Source of the DNA: an uncultured Anaerolineales bacterium
GTDB taxonomy: Bacteria > Chloroflexota > Anaerolineae > B4-G1
Assembly: GCA_964551295.1 (NCBI GenBank)
Contig: CAZKDJ010000003.1
Coordinates: 510-64,509, forward strand
Length of the DNA stretch: 64,000 nt
Direction: 5' to 3'
Of this stretch, positions 25,810 through 35,835 are shown in pieces. The position numbers and the translations under genes are program-made. Each line of letters opens with the position of its first letter. The first letter of the stretch is position 1. The notes beneath the pieces were generated by a model. It did not search any database. It was not told the origin of the DNA and saw only the letters and a list, made by a program, of their open reading frames with translations.

Positions 25810-28800
25810 TCATTGGGTTCTCCTATCGACAAAGACGGGGATATGGGCGGTGAAGGTGCTCCCTCTGTCTACCTCGCTCTCCACAGTCACGCGCCCGCCA
25901 TATGCCTCGACGATTTCCCTGACCAGCGCCAGTCCCAGTCCCACACCGCCATGTCGCCGCCGGGCGGAGCCGTCCACCTGATAGAAACGATCAAAGATGC
26001 GCTCTAGCTTGTCTACCGGGATGCCGATACCGGTGTCGCTCACCGCTAGAGCGACCGTTTCGCCGTCCCGGCGCAGGCTAACGGTGATCGTCCCTCCGGC
26101 GGGTGTGAACTTGACTGCGTTGCCAATTAGGTTGTCCAGCACCCGTCGCATGTAGGTGGGATCGCCGCTCACAGGGGGCAGGTCGAGCTCGATCTCTGCT
26201 TCCAGAGCCAGTTCGGCCTGCTCGACCTCTACCTGAAAGTCCTCCACGGCGTTCTGAGCCATCTCATCCAACGGTATGGGCTGTGCTTCGGGAGGGCTGA
26301 CCTCAGCTTCCAGGATGAGCGTGATATCCTTGACCAAATCGCTCAACATGCGGGCGCGGCGGGCGATGATGGCCACCGGTTTCTTTTGATCGGCTGGGAC
26401 CTCGCCTATCTCGCCTGCGTCCAGCATCTCGGCGTATCCACGAATGAGTGCCAGCGGCGAGCGAAGTTCGTGGGATACATTCTGGATAAAGGCGTCCTTG
26501 AGGTGATCCATCTCTTCTAGTTGGGTAAAGGCCGCCGCAAGCTCTTCAGCGCGCTGTCGGGTCTCTCTGAAGAGGTGCGCGTTCTCCAGTACCAGCCCCA
26601 ATTGGCGAGCCACCGCTTCCAGAAGGCGAGATTCGTCGGCTTGCCAGGTGCGGTTTTCGCGGCAGCTACCAAAGCCCAACGCACCGTAGAATCGCCCACT
26701 GCTCTGCACCGGTATAAAAAGCACCAACTTTGTCGCCAGCGAGTCATAAAATTCACGCGTGGCTTCCAAGCGGGGATCCGTAGCTACATCGGAGACAGCG
26801 AAGGATTGGTTATCCAAAAGTGCAGCCAGCTCGGGTGGTGCGACGTCAAAGGAGCCGTTCAAGGCAATGACCGACCCGACGCCCGGCGCGATCCATTCGT
26901 GGGTGATCTCCCACGTGTGAGCGCTTGGGTCGATAGAGATGAAGGCGATACGATCGGCTTGTATCAGTTGGTGTAGGCCCTCCAGAGCGCTTTCGACTGG
27001 CGCGTCTGTGTCAAGCGCCGTGCCCGGTCTTAGGGCGATGCTGTTGAGAAGCGTCAGTTCCTGTACGCGGCGTTGGGTCTCCTGGTAGAGTCGAGCATTG
27101 CGCAGGCCAATGGCCACTGTGCTGGCTACCGCTTCCAACAACGATCGGTCTTCTTGGTCAAAGTCGGCCAGCCGCTCGCTCTCGAGGATTATCGTTCCAA
27201 CGACTGCGTCTTCCTCAAGAATGGGCACACACAGTGCTGATTGAGCCGGAATCTCGGTCGGGTTGACGAAATAGGGATCGATGCTCACGTCGGGCGCGAG
27301 ATGCGGCTCGCCTGTTCTGGCGACGTAGCCTGCGATTCCCTGATCGATTTTCAGGCGATAGAGGCCGGGCACTGCTTTTTCGTTGAGCGCGATCGTCTCA
27401 CTGCTGCGACCGCGCAGGATCAGCGTTTGCCCCTTGTCATCCAATGTAAACAGCCCGACCCGCGGGTAGTTATAATGGCGGAAAATGCTCTCGGCTACGG
27501 CCTGCAGCAGGGCGTCGGCGTCGAACGTTGTGGCAGCGATGCGTGCCACGTCCACCAGCAGGGCCAATCTCTGAGACTGTTGTTGTTCGGCCTGAAACAG
27601 CCGGGCATTTTCGAGGGCGATGGCTACCTGGTTGGCAAAGGCGGCCAGCAGAAACAACTGTCCGCCGAAAGCGTTGGTACGCAGGCTGTGCAGGTAAAGC
27701 ACGCCCAACAGGCGATCTTTGACCATCAGGGGCAGGCCGGCGATTGATTTAATGTTAGCTTGCACGAGAAGGGGGTTGGCTTTGGGCGGCGCCCCTTCTC
27801 CGAGGGAGGGGTATACTGTGCCATCCGCGTCAATCTCGTCGATGATCACCGCCCGGCGCAAGCGAACGATCCAACTGGTGAAGCCATCGTCCCGGATGCG
27901 GTACTCGAGTGCTTGCACACCCGGCAAGTCCTCGGCGCTTTGACTCGTTTGCCCGGTTTCGTCCACCAACACGACGCCGGTGTAGTCTGTGTCCACGACC
28001 TCGTTGGCCAGAGAGACGATCTCGGCCAGTACTTGGTCGGGTTCCAAGGAGGCCGTCACGGCCTGGGAGGCTTGGCTCAAGGCGGCCAGTTGCTCAAGCC
28101 TGTGTTTCAAGGCTTTCTCTACCCGCTCTCGCTCGGTCTCGACCTGCTTGCGCTCGGAGATTTCTTGCTCCAGCTCCGCGGTGCGCTCCTTGACCTGCAT
28201 CTCTACTTCAGTGTACGCTTTTTCCAGCGCAGTGTCTGCCTCTGCCTGCGCCTCCAGGAGCAACACGTTCTGCAAGGCACTGCTGATTTGCGCCTGCAAC
28301 ACGTCACAGGCTTCTTCCTGCGACGGCTTTGCTTCGAACAGGGCAAACCCTAGCTGGTGGTCGTGAAGATACAGTGGTTCGAGCACCAGGCAGTGACGTT
28401 GCTCTGAAGAAAGCAGGCCATCGGGTATCAATTGGCAAGAGGAGAAAAGCCGTCCTCCGGGCTCAAGATCGACGCGCTTTCCTCCATCGAGTGCCAGGAC
28501 CAATCTGGATTGGTCGAGGGGCTTTTCTGGATTCTCGAACAATGAAATGTAGCAGTTCAGGATGCCCGTCTTGGGTATTTCCCGCGTGGCCACGTCCAAA
28601 AGCTCGGCCAAGTCAAAATCGGTGGCCAGCGCAAAGTCGAGTCTTTGTAGTTCCCGAGCTCGCCTGGCTGCCAGGACAGCCCGGTGCCTCTCCTGTCGGC
28701 GGGCGATGTCGCCGACGAGCAGCCGTGCCTGGTTCAAGATGGCTTCGGCAAGGGACGCGCCATCACAATCTAGATGGGGCAGCGTGTGGCGACGCAGTAA

Positions 28801-29979
28801 CGAGAGGACGTCCTGCCAAGCGAACACGTCAGCATCGGATGTCACTGCTTGACGTAGGATATCCTCCAGGGTGGTGAGGAAGGTGTCACTTTCCTCCTTC
28901 TCCACTTGGGTGGTGAATGCGTCCAATAGCCGCTTTGCCCATTCACCGTCGGCAGGCGCGTCGATGGAGTGGGTCAATGCGGGCAGGATACTCTCCCGTT
29001 GTGTGGAAAGGGAGTCCTGCCCATCGCTTTTCTCTGGCGAATGATGCAATACCGGAGCGGCAGCGGCTCGTATCGTAACTGCTAATGGGCAGCCGCACGA
29101 CTGACGTACAATGAGGTCCAGCGGCAGGACTGTGCACTCTGGTACGTCGCGACCGTCGATCCGCGCCAGAAGCATCTCGGTGGCCTTGACGCCTAGCTTG
29201 TAGAACGGGTTCTGTACGGTTGTTAGAGCTGGTATCGTGTACTTGGATGTGTCTATGTCATCAAAACCGACAAGGGCCACGTCATCCGGCACGCGTATTC
29301 CTCGCGCCTGCAACACCTCCAGCGCGCCGAGAGCCATAGAGTCATTGGCCGCTACTAGTGCCTCAAATCCCTTTCCTGGCAGTAGCTTGCGCTGATCGAG
29401 CAGCAAACGAACAGCTTCTGCCCCGACGTGAGGGGTAAAGTCGCCAGCTACGACGAGGTTCGGGTCAAAGGGAATGTCGTATTCACTTAGGACTTGGGTG
29501 TAGGCGTGGTATCGTTGTTCCGCTTCCTGGTGAGTTTCAGGCCCGCGAATGAAGGCGACGCGCCGGTAACCGTGGGTTTCGATCAGGTGAACGAGGGCAC
29601 TGCGCATACCCTGCACGTTGTCCAGCAGGATACTGGGAATACCGGGCAGAGCCCGCGCGATACTGACCAGCGGAATCGGGCTGTACTTTTGGTAGAGCGC
29701 TTTGAATTCTTGGGGAGAGATGTGGGCGGCTAACGCCTCGCTTCTCAAAATCAACCCATCGAGCTTTTCTGCAGTGATAAGATCGAAAATAACGTTGTGC
29801 TGTCTGAACTGGTGCGGGGCGCGTAGCTGGCCTGTTGGGAAGCAGATCAAATTGACATCATGCTTGCAGGCGGTATCATAGATCCCGGGCCACGTGGTTC
29901 GATGGCCCGGCCCGATCCAGTGAGTCAGGTAGCCGATGTTCAAACGCTTTTGCGTCTTTTTTCGCCTAGCTCTACTCAT
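25810..29979 (-). CDS. multidomain sensor histidine kinase: LacI-type periplasmic-binding-like (PBP1) domain, multiple GAF domains, HisKA and HATPase_c
   Basis: PBP1 sugar-binding-like N-terminus; H-box SHELRSPLALIRGY; N/G-box ATP lid (NLIGNAVKFT, DTGIGIP, GGVGLGLALV). Start at ATG 29979 with a GGAG RBS. Confidence 0.8.
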   Translation of the reverse strand: MSRARRKKTQKRLNIGYLTHWIGPGHRTTWPGIYDTACKHDVNLICFPTGQLRAPHQFRQHNVIFDLITAEKLDGLILRSEALAAHISPQEFKALYQKYSPIPLVSIARALPGIPSILLDNVQGMRSALVHLIETHGYRRVAFIRGPETHQEAEQRYHAYTQVLSEYDIPFDPNLVVAGDFTPHVGAEAVRLLLDQRKLLPGKGFEALVAANDSMALGALEVLQARGIRVPDDVALVGFDDIDTSKYTIPALTTVQNPFYKLGVKATEMLLARIDGRDVPECTVLPLDLIVRQSCGCPLAVTIRAAAAPVLHHSPEKSDGQDSLSTQRESILPALTHSIDAPADGEWAKRLLDAFTTQVEKEESDTFLTTLEDILRQAVTSDADVFAWQDVLSLLRRHTLPHLDCDGASLAEAILNQARLLVGDIARRQERHRAVLAARRARELQRLDFALATDFDLAELLDVATREIPKTGILNCYISLFENPEKPLDQSRLVLALDGGKRVDLEPGGRLFSSCQLIPDGLLSSEQRHCLVLEPLYLHDHQLGFALFEAKPSQEEACDVLQAQISSALQNVLLLEAQAEADTALEKAYTEVEMQVKERTAELEQEISERKQVETERERVEKALKHRLEQLAALSQASQAVTASLEPDQVLAEIVSLANEVVDTDYTGVVLVDETGQTSQSAEDLPGVQALEYRIRDDGFTSWIVRLRRAVIIDEIDADGTVYPSLGEGAPPKANPLLVQANIKSIAGLPLMVKDRLLGVLYLHSLRTNAFGGQLFLLAAFANQVAIALENARLFQAEQQQSQRLALLVDVARIAATTFDADALLQAVAESIFRHYNYPRVGLFTLDDKGQTLILRGRSSETIALNEKAVPGLYRLKIDQGIAGYVARTGEPHLAPDVSIDPYFVNPTEIPAQSALCVPILEEDAVVGTIILESERLADFDQEDRSLLEAVASTVAIGLRNARLYQETQRRVQELTLLNSIALRPGTALDTDAPVESALEGLHQLIQADRIAFISIDPSAHTWEITHEWIAPGVGSVIALNGSFDVAPPELAALLDNQSFAVSDVATDPRLEATREFYDSLATKLVLFIPVQSSGRFYGALGFGSCRENRTWQADESRLLEAVARQLGLVLENAHLFRETRQRAEELAAAFTQLEEMDHLKDAFIQNVSHELRSPLALIRGYAEMLDAGEIGEVPADQKKPVAIIARRARMLSDLVKDITLILEAEVSPPEAQPIPLDEMAQNAVEDFQVEVEQAELALEAEIELDLPPVSGDPTYMRRVLDNLIGNAVKFTPAGGTITVSLRRDGETVALAVSDTGIGIPVDKLERIFDRFYQVDGSARRRHGGVGLGLALVREIVEAYGGRVTVESEVDRGSTFTAHIPVFVDRRTQ

Positions 29980-30202
29980 CTGATTCGCATCTCCAGCCAC
30001 CGTCTGGATCGTATTATAATCCAACATTGGAGAATTGCCCAAAGACCCAGATTCTTGCCAACGCAGTTTTTCCGGGTACAATAGGGCCGCGTTCAAAACC
30101 AAGTTCGCAGTTTATGGGCCGAATTGCTTCGGTTATACAATTGAACATGCCAGTTATTGAACGCTTCTCAAACCTGCGACCATACAATGAAAGGAATCTT
30201 CA

Positions 30203-32200
30203 ATGAGCGCTGAACTCGATCAACTGTGTGTCAATACAATCCGCACGCTGGCGATGGACGGTGTGCAAAAGGCCAAATCCGGCCACCCCGGCATGCCGAT
30301 GGGCATGGCGGATGCAGCCTACGTGTTGTGGACGCGTTTCCTCAAGCATAATCCGGCCAACCCCGATTGGCCCAACCGCGACCGGTTCGTCCTTTCGGCC
30401 GGTCACGGGTCGATGTTGCTCTACAGCTTGTTGCACCTCATCGGCTACGACCTGCCGCTGGAGGAGCTAAAGAGCTTTCGCCAATGGGGCAGCCTTACCC
30501 CCGGTCATCCGGAGTACGACTTGGCTCACGGTGTGGAGACCACCACCGGACCGTTAGGCCAGGGTTTCGCCACCGGCGTTGGCATGGCCATCGCCCAGGC
30601 GTTTCTGGCCGCTACCTTCAACAAGCCCGACGTGGCCATCTTTGATCACTTTGTCTATGCTATCTGCTCCGATGGCGACCTGATGGAGGGGGTGAGCCAC
30701 GAGGCGGCCAGTTTGGCCGGTCACCTGGGGTTGGGCAAGATCATCTATCTCTACGACGACAACGAGATCTCTATCGAGGGCTCGACTGATCTCACCTTCA
30801 CCGAGGATGTCCCCGCCCGCTTCCGCGCCTATGGCTGGCACGTGCAGGAGGTGGACGGGCACGACCGGGATCAGATCGACGCGGCCATCCGCGTCGCGCA
30901 ATTGGAGACGGAGCGACCCTCGCTCATCGTCTGCCACACCCACATCGGTTACGGCAGCCCCAACAAGCAGGATACGGCGGCCTCTCACGGCGCGCCGTTG
31001 GGGGAGGAGGAGGTGCAGTTGACCAAGGAGGAATTGGACTGGTCGTACAAGCGGCCTTTCACGGTGCCCAAGCAGGCACTAGAGGTGTTCCGCCAGGCCG
31101 TCGATGCGGGCAAGCAGGCGCAGGCCGAGTGGGACAAGACCTTCGAGCAGTACGAGAAGGCGTATCCCGAGGAGGCGGCGCTCCTGGAGGCGCTATGGGC
31201 GGGCGATCTGCCCGAGGGCTGGACAGACGCACTGCCCACCTTCACCCCCGACGATGGGCCGTTGGCGACGCGCAAGGCCTCCGGCGCAGTGCTGAACGCC
31301 ATCGCCTCCAAACTGCCCACGCTCATCGGCGGCTCGGCCGACCTGGCCCCCTCCACCAACACGCTGCTCAAGGGGTACGGCGATTTCCAGAAAGAGACTC
31401 CCGCCGGGCGCAACCTGCGCTTTGGCGTGCGCGAGCATGCGATGGGATCGATTCTCAACGGGATGGCGCTATATGGCGGACTGCTGCCTTACGGCGCCAC
31501 CTTTTTCGTCTTTTCCGATTACATGCGTCCGGCGGTGCGGTTGGCGGCGCTGATGGAGCAGCCCGTCATCTACGTCTGGACGCACGACTCGGTGTGGATC
31601 GGGGAGGACGGCCCCACTCACCAGCCGATCGAGCACCTGGCGGCGGTGCGCGCGATCCCCAACCTGGTCGTCATCCGCCCAGCCGACGCCAACGAGACCG
31701 CCGCCGCCTGGCGCGTGGCTCTGGAGCGGCGCGAAGGCCCGACGGCGCTGGTCCTCACGCGCCAGAGCCTGCCGATTTTCGTCGAGACCAAGCGCAACTA
31801 TGCCGACACGGTCGCCCGTGGCGCGTACGTGCTGGTCGATAGCTCCGGCGTCCCCAGCTTGATCCTCATCGCCACCGGCTCCGAGGTGAGCGTGGCGTTG
31901 GGCGCGCGCGACCTGCTGGCCGAGAAGGGCATCGCGGTACGCGTGGTCAGCATGCCCAGTTGGGAGCTGTTCGAGGCGCAGTCCGACGAGTACAAAGCGT
32001 CGGTGCTACCGCCGCAGGTGACGGCGCGGCTGGCCATCGAGGCCGGCGTGTCGCTGGGCTGGCACAAGTACGTCGGCCCCGAGGGCGACGTGATGTGCCT
32101 GGATCACTTTGGCGCTTCGGCTCCCTACAAGGTGCTGATGGAAGAGTGGGGCTTTACACCCGAGGCGGTGGCCAAGCGCGCGCTAAAGCTGCTAGAGTAA
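30203..32200 (+). CDS. tkt: transketolase
   Basis: 665 aa with canonical Tkt motifs ([19 protein letters not shown]). Confidence 0.95.
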   Translation: MSAELDQLCVNTIRTLAMDGVQKAKSGHPGMPMGMADAAYVLWTRFLKHNPANPDWPNRDRFVLSAGHGSMLLYSLLHLIGYDLPLEELKSFRQWGSLTPGHPEYDLAHGVETTTGPLGQGFATGVGMAIAQAFLAATFNKPDVAIFDHFVYAICSDGDLMEGVSHEAASLAGHLGLGKIIYLYDDNEISIEGSTDLTFTEDVPARFRAYGWHVQEVDGHDRDQIDAAIRVAQLETERPSLIVCHTHIGYGSPNKQDTAASHGAPLGEEEVQLTKEELDWSYKRPFTVPKQALEVFRQAVDAGKQAQAEWDKTFEQYEKAYPEEAALLEALWAGDLPEGWTDALPTFTPDDGPLATRKASGAVLNAIASKLPTLIGGSADLAPSTNTLLKGYGDFQKETPAGRNLRFGVREHAMGSILNGMALYGGLLPYGATFFVFSDYMRPAVRLAALMEQPVIYVWTHDSVWIGEDGPTHQPIEHLAAVRAIPNLVVIRPADANETAAAWRVALERREGPTALVLTRQSLPIFVETKRNYADTVARGAYVLVDSSGVPSLILIATGSEVSVALGARDLLAEKGIAVRVVSMPSWELFEAQSDEYKASVLPPQVTARLAIEAGVSLGWHKYVGPEGDVMCLDHFGASAPYKVLMEEWGFTPEAVAKRALKLLE

Positions 32201-32272
32201 CGCGTCGCTTCGCGGAACCCCGGGCCGCTCGGCGGCGTCTATAGGGCAGTACAGATTCGCAGGAGGTGTCCC

Positions 32273-32944
32273 GTGTCCCCTACCAGGCGAGAGTTCATCA
32301 AGCGTGTGGGTATTGCCCTGGGTTCGCTGATGGCGGCCCGTTGTGCCTGCGTTACCTTGATCGAAGGCGGCAGTGGCCTGGGCGGCACGCCCCGCGAACG
32401 ACTGCGCAGGAGCTGGCAGCGTTTTGGCTGGCTGGAGGAACAGGCCAGCGACTGGAGCGACTATGAGAAAGGGGCTCGGGCGCTCGAACAGCTCAGAGCC
32501 GAGCATCGCGCTGCCCTCGACGAGTTGGTGGCCGCCGGCGAACTGGAGGCGGACGTGGCTGACTATGTGCAGGTCGCCTTTGACGAGGCGGCCTTTCACG
32601 TCTGGCGGGCCAACTGTGGCATGACGTGCTACGAGGCCGTGGCGAGGCCGGAATATACGCCGTATGCCAGCGGCCAACTGGTGCAGCAGGCCGAACTCCT
32701 GGCCGGCCTGGCCGACGACGCCACGGTCGATCGGGAGACGGTGGCGCGGGCCCAGGCCGCCGTCGAGCGGGATGTCGCGTTCCTAGGCCTTTTTGACGAG
32801 GAAGAACAGGCGCTGTACGACGCGTTGATCGAGGCCGCCGGCGACAGCTACGATTATCCTCCTTTGGATGAGGTCGATCTGGAGATCACCTCCGGGGCAA
32901 CCGAGGCGGCGCGGTTTTTGGTGGAGCTTTTGTTGGAAGAGTAA
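32273..32944 (+). CDS. Tat-signal acidic hypothetical protein (223 aa, 4 Cys)
   Basis: Twin-arginine motif TRREFIKRVGIALGSLMAA. Acidic and Ala/Glu-rich. Only a 3-nt gap to the radical-SAM gene. Confidence 0.6.
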   Translation: MSPTRREFIKRVGIALGSLMAARCACVTLIEGGSGLGGTPRERLRRSWQRFGWLEEQASDWSDYEKGARALEQLRAEHRAALDELVAAGELEADVADYVQVAFDEAAFHVWRANCGMTCYEAVARPEYTPYASGQLVQQAELLAGLADDATVDRETVARAQAAVERDVAFLGLFDEEEQALYDALIEAAGDSYDYPPLDEVDLEITSGATEAARFLVELLLEE

Positions 32945-32946
32945 GA

Positions 32947-34149
32947 GTGACCAGCTCCCGTCCTCGCCTGCAAACCCTCATCTTTGAAGTCACCCAGCGC
33001 TGCAACCACGCCTGCCTACACTGCTACAACGTGTGGCACGGGCCGGAGCGGCTGGGGAATGGCGATTCTGCGGCCCAGTCGCGCGAGGCTGAAGGCCTCG
33101 CGCTGAAAGGGCAAAGCCCTAGCGGGCTGTCAATAACAAGGCCCAAGCCTGCTGCAGCAGGCTTGGATTCCATCGCCGGGCGAAGCGGCGACCACGCCAA
33201 CGTCTACCCCCGTGGCGAACTCGACACCGCCCAAACTCTGGCCCTACTGAGCAAGGCACTCGATGAGGTCGACTGCAACCACGTCACCCTCACCGGCGGC
33301 GAGCCGCTGCTCCGCGAGGACCTGGGCCAGATCCTCGACCTGCTGCGCGAACGCGGCGTGCGCGTTACCCTGATCAGCAACGGGCGCTTGCTCGATGAGC
33401 CTACCGTGGTCGAGCTGCTCGATCAGGGGGTGGGGCTGTTTGAGCTGCCACTGTTGGGCCGCCGCCGCGAGGTGCACGACCGCCTCTCTGGCGCTCCCGG
33501 CGCTTTCGACGCCACCTTGGCGGCGATGGCCCACATCCGCACTCACTGGGGGCGGTTCGTGGCCGTTTTCGTCGCCACGCGGCTGAACCTGGACGACCTG
33601 TACGAGACGATCAAGCTGGCCTTTGCCTTTGGCTCGCGGGGGATGATGCTCAACCGCTTCAACCCCGGCGGGCGCGGGCAGGCGCACCTCAGGGAGCTAT
33701 TGCCCTCGGCCGACGAGATGAACGCAGCGCTAGAGATCGCCAACGCGGCCTCGGAGGAGTTCGACTTTCCCATCTCCTGCTCCATCGCCATGCCGCCCTG
33801 TCTGACCAATCACCGCAAATACCCCAATCTCAACTTTGGCTTCTGTGCCGCCGGCACTGAGCGCGCCTACTACACCCTCGATCCCCTAGGCAAAGTGCGC
33901 CCCTGCAACCACACGCCCACGGTGCTGGGCAATCTGCTGGAGGAGCCTTTCACCGATATCATTGCTCCCGAGCGGCTGGCCCCCTTTGTCGAGGCCGTGC
34001 CAGCGTTCTGTGAGCCCTGCGTTTTACGCGATACCTGCCAGGGTGGGTGCAAGGCCGCCGCCGAGGTCTGTTATGGCTCGCTGACTGCGGAGGAGCCGTT
34101 TCTGCATTGTAACCTTGCCCAGGCCAAGCCGTTGGCTCGGTGGGATTAG
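32947..34149 (+). CDS. radical SAM / SPASM-domain enzyme (protein or peptide-modifying maturase family)
   Basis: CNHACLHC cluster motif; a C-terminal Cys-rich SPASM region (CAAGTERAY...CNH...CEPCVLRDTCQGGC); an unusual approximately 60-aa low-complexity insert after the cluster loop. Confidence 0.8.
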   Translation: MTSSRPRLQTLIFEVTQRCNHACLHCYNVWHGPERLGNGDSAAQSREAEGLALKGQSPSGLSITRPKPAAAGLDSIAGRSGDHANVYPRGELDTAQTLALLSKALDEVDCNHVTLTGGEPLLREDLGQILDLLRERGVRVTLISNGRLLDEPTVVELLDQGVGLFELPLLGRRREVHDRLSGAPGAFDATLAAMAHIRTHWGRFVAVFVATRLNLDDLYETIKLAFAFGSRGMMLNRFNPGGRGQAHLRELLPSADEMNAALEIANAASEEFDFPISCSIAMPPCLTNHRKYPNLNFGFCAAGTERAYYTLDPLGKVRPCNHTPTVLGNLLEEPFTDIIAPERLAPFVEAVPAFCEPCVLRDTCQGGCKAAAEVCYGSLTAEEPFLHCNLAQAKPLARWD

Positions 34150-35121
34150 GTCGCGTTCAGGGCGTGCAGGTCAGCCTGCGGGGGCGGGCGAAACCAACCC
34201 GAGTCATGTTGCTGGTGGCATCCACGGCGGTATGCGCTTGGCGAGGCCCCGGTGTGTTTCCGAAACGTCCGCCTGAAATGAGAATCGTCGTTGAAGCCAA
34301 CACGCTGTCGAACCTCGGTGATGGGCAGCCCCGTGTCTCGCAGCATCGCGGCGGCCAAATTGACGCGGAGCTGGATCAGGTAGGCGATGACGGGCATGCC
34401 GGTGACCTTGTGGAACCGCTCTGACAACGTGGTGCGGTTGGTGTGAAATTCCCTGGTCAGCTTGGCAATCGTGATCTTTTCCTGATAATGCGTGTGCAAG
34501 TACAAGATGATGGGATCGACCTCGTCGTCAGGAGCGCGCAGGGAGATGGAAGGGACGTTTTTGCTCGACCATATCGGGCGTATACTGGAAGCGGCTCAAT
34601 AACAGCAGTAATTCCAGCAGATAAGACACGCTGCGGCACGACCAGTGCACGTCTTCCTGCTGGGTGATCTGGTGACTGATGGCGTTGAGCAGCGACGATA
34701 TGCGCAGGTGGACGGCGGGGCCGATGCTGAGATATCCATCATACGCTGTGTCCCGTCTCAGGAACGGTCGCAGCCAGTACAGGTCCCGCTGCCTCATGGG
34801 CGGAAGGCTCTTGATAGCGCAGCGGATGTTCTCGAAGGTGAAATTGTGGTTGGCCAGGTGGGGGTGAAAGTAGAGGGATTGGGCTTGTAGCTCCATGCTC
34901 TGCTCCAGCACGGGATGCTCCCTTTCATTCAGACAAAAGATTGCGGGAGCAATAAAGGATTTGCGGCGCTCGGAGAAGCGCAAAATGCCGGTTCCCCGCT
35001 CGATCAGCACCAGGCGGAAACGGGGGCATGTGTTGAGATCGGGGTCAAAACCCTCGTGGGGATTGTGCCAGATGGGCACGCTGTAAACCGGTTTCCACTT
35101 GCTGATTGCGCTTAATTCCAT
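34146..35121 (-). pseudogene. AraC-family transcriptional regulator, frameshifted: ligand-binding domain 35121-34528, HTH domain 34505-34146
   Basis: Two adjacent ORFs in different frames encode an AraC N-terminal cupin-like domain and the C-terminal AraC HTH (IAKLTREFHTNRTTLSERFHKVTGMP...GFNDDSHFRRTFRKHTGASPSAY). Confidence 0.55.
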
Positions 35122-35271
35122 CTACCCCTCCCACCTTGAGATGGCGGCCCATCAGCACAAAAACGCCATAGGCCTCGGTCAACGTCCGAGGCCTATTATA
35201 TGCGCCGTCCGCAGAAGATCAAGGAGGCGGAAGATACACAAAAACAGCGCGATGGAAAACAACGCGATTGG

Positions 35272-35754
35272 CTATTGTGATAGTGATTGGTGAATCTCGT
35301 CCAACGTGGCCTGGGCCTGGTCGGCTGCCTGTGCGTAACTGCCCCCTCGCCAACTGGCAAACATATCTGTCAGTTTGTCACAGGCGTATTCCTCACAGTA
35401 AGCGCAGTTGGCGATTCCCCGTTCCACGTTGCAGTTGCGGACAGCGCAGTTCATAGCGCCCTGGCGCAACGTGCCATCTTTTGTCAAGCAGCCATCACAC
35501 GTCCTCCCATAGTGCGGACATTCCGGGCAGGCATCGTATCCACAGTAAGCGATGTAGGCGGCCATTGTCTCCTCCTCCGTTGGTGCAGCGGTCGGCATTG
35601 TGGTAGGTGGTGCGTCTGTCGGCGTGGGCGTTGCTTGCTGGCCGGAAGAGCACGCAGCCAGCAGACCCGCTGCCGCCATCGTGAGGAACTCACGCCGGCA
35701 GATTTGGCGCGAGCGCGTACAAGATTTGTGACATCTGATCTGGTCTTTTTTCAT
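35272..35754 (-). CDS. Tat/lipoprotein-signal Cys-rich protein (DUF3795-like C-terminal domain)
   Basis: GAGGAGAGG RBS; N-terminus KSCTRSRQICRREFLTMAAAGLLAACSS; C-terminal CPECPHYGRTCDGC...CAVRNC...CAYCEEYAC. Confidence 0.6.
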   Translation of the reverse strand: MKKDQIRCHKSCTRSRQICRREFLTMAAAGLLAACSSGQQATPTPTDAPPTTMPTAAPTEEETMAAYIAYCGYDACPECPHYGRTCDGCLTKDGTLRQGAMNCAVRNCNVERGIANCAYCEEYACDKLTDMFASWRGGSYAQAADQAQATLDEIHQSLSQ

Positions 35755-35835
35755 CGTTTCCTCTCCTCATTGCATTATTGGTAGAATGTATTAAGGATTT
35801 GCTGGCCGCCCGACTTTTTCGACCAGCGAATCCAA

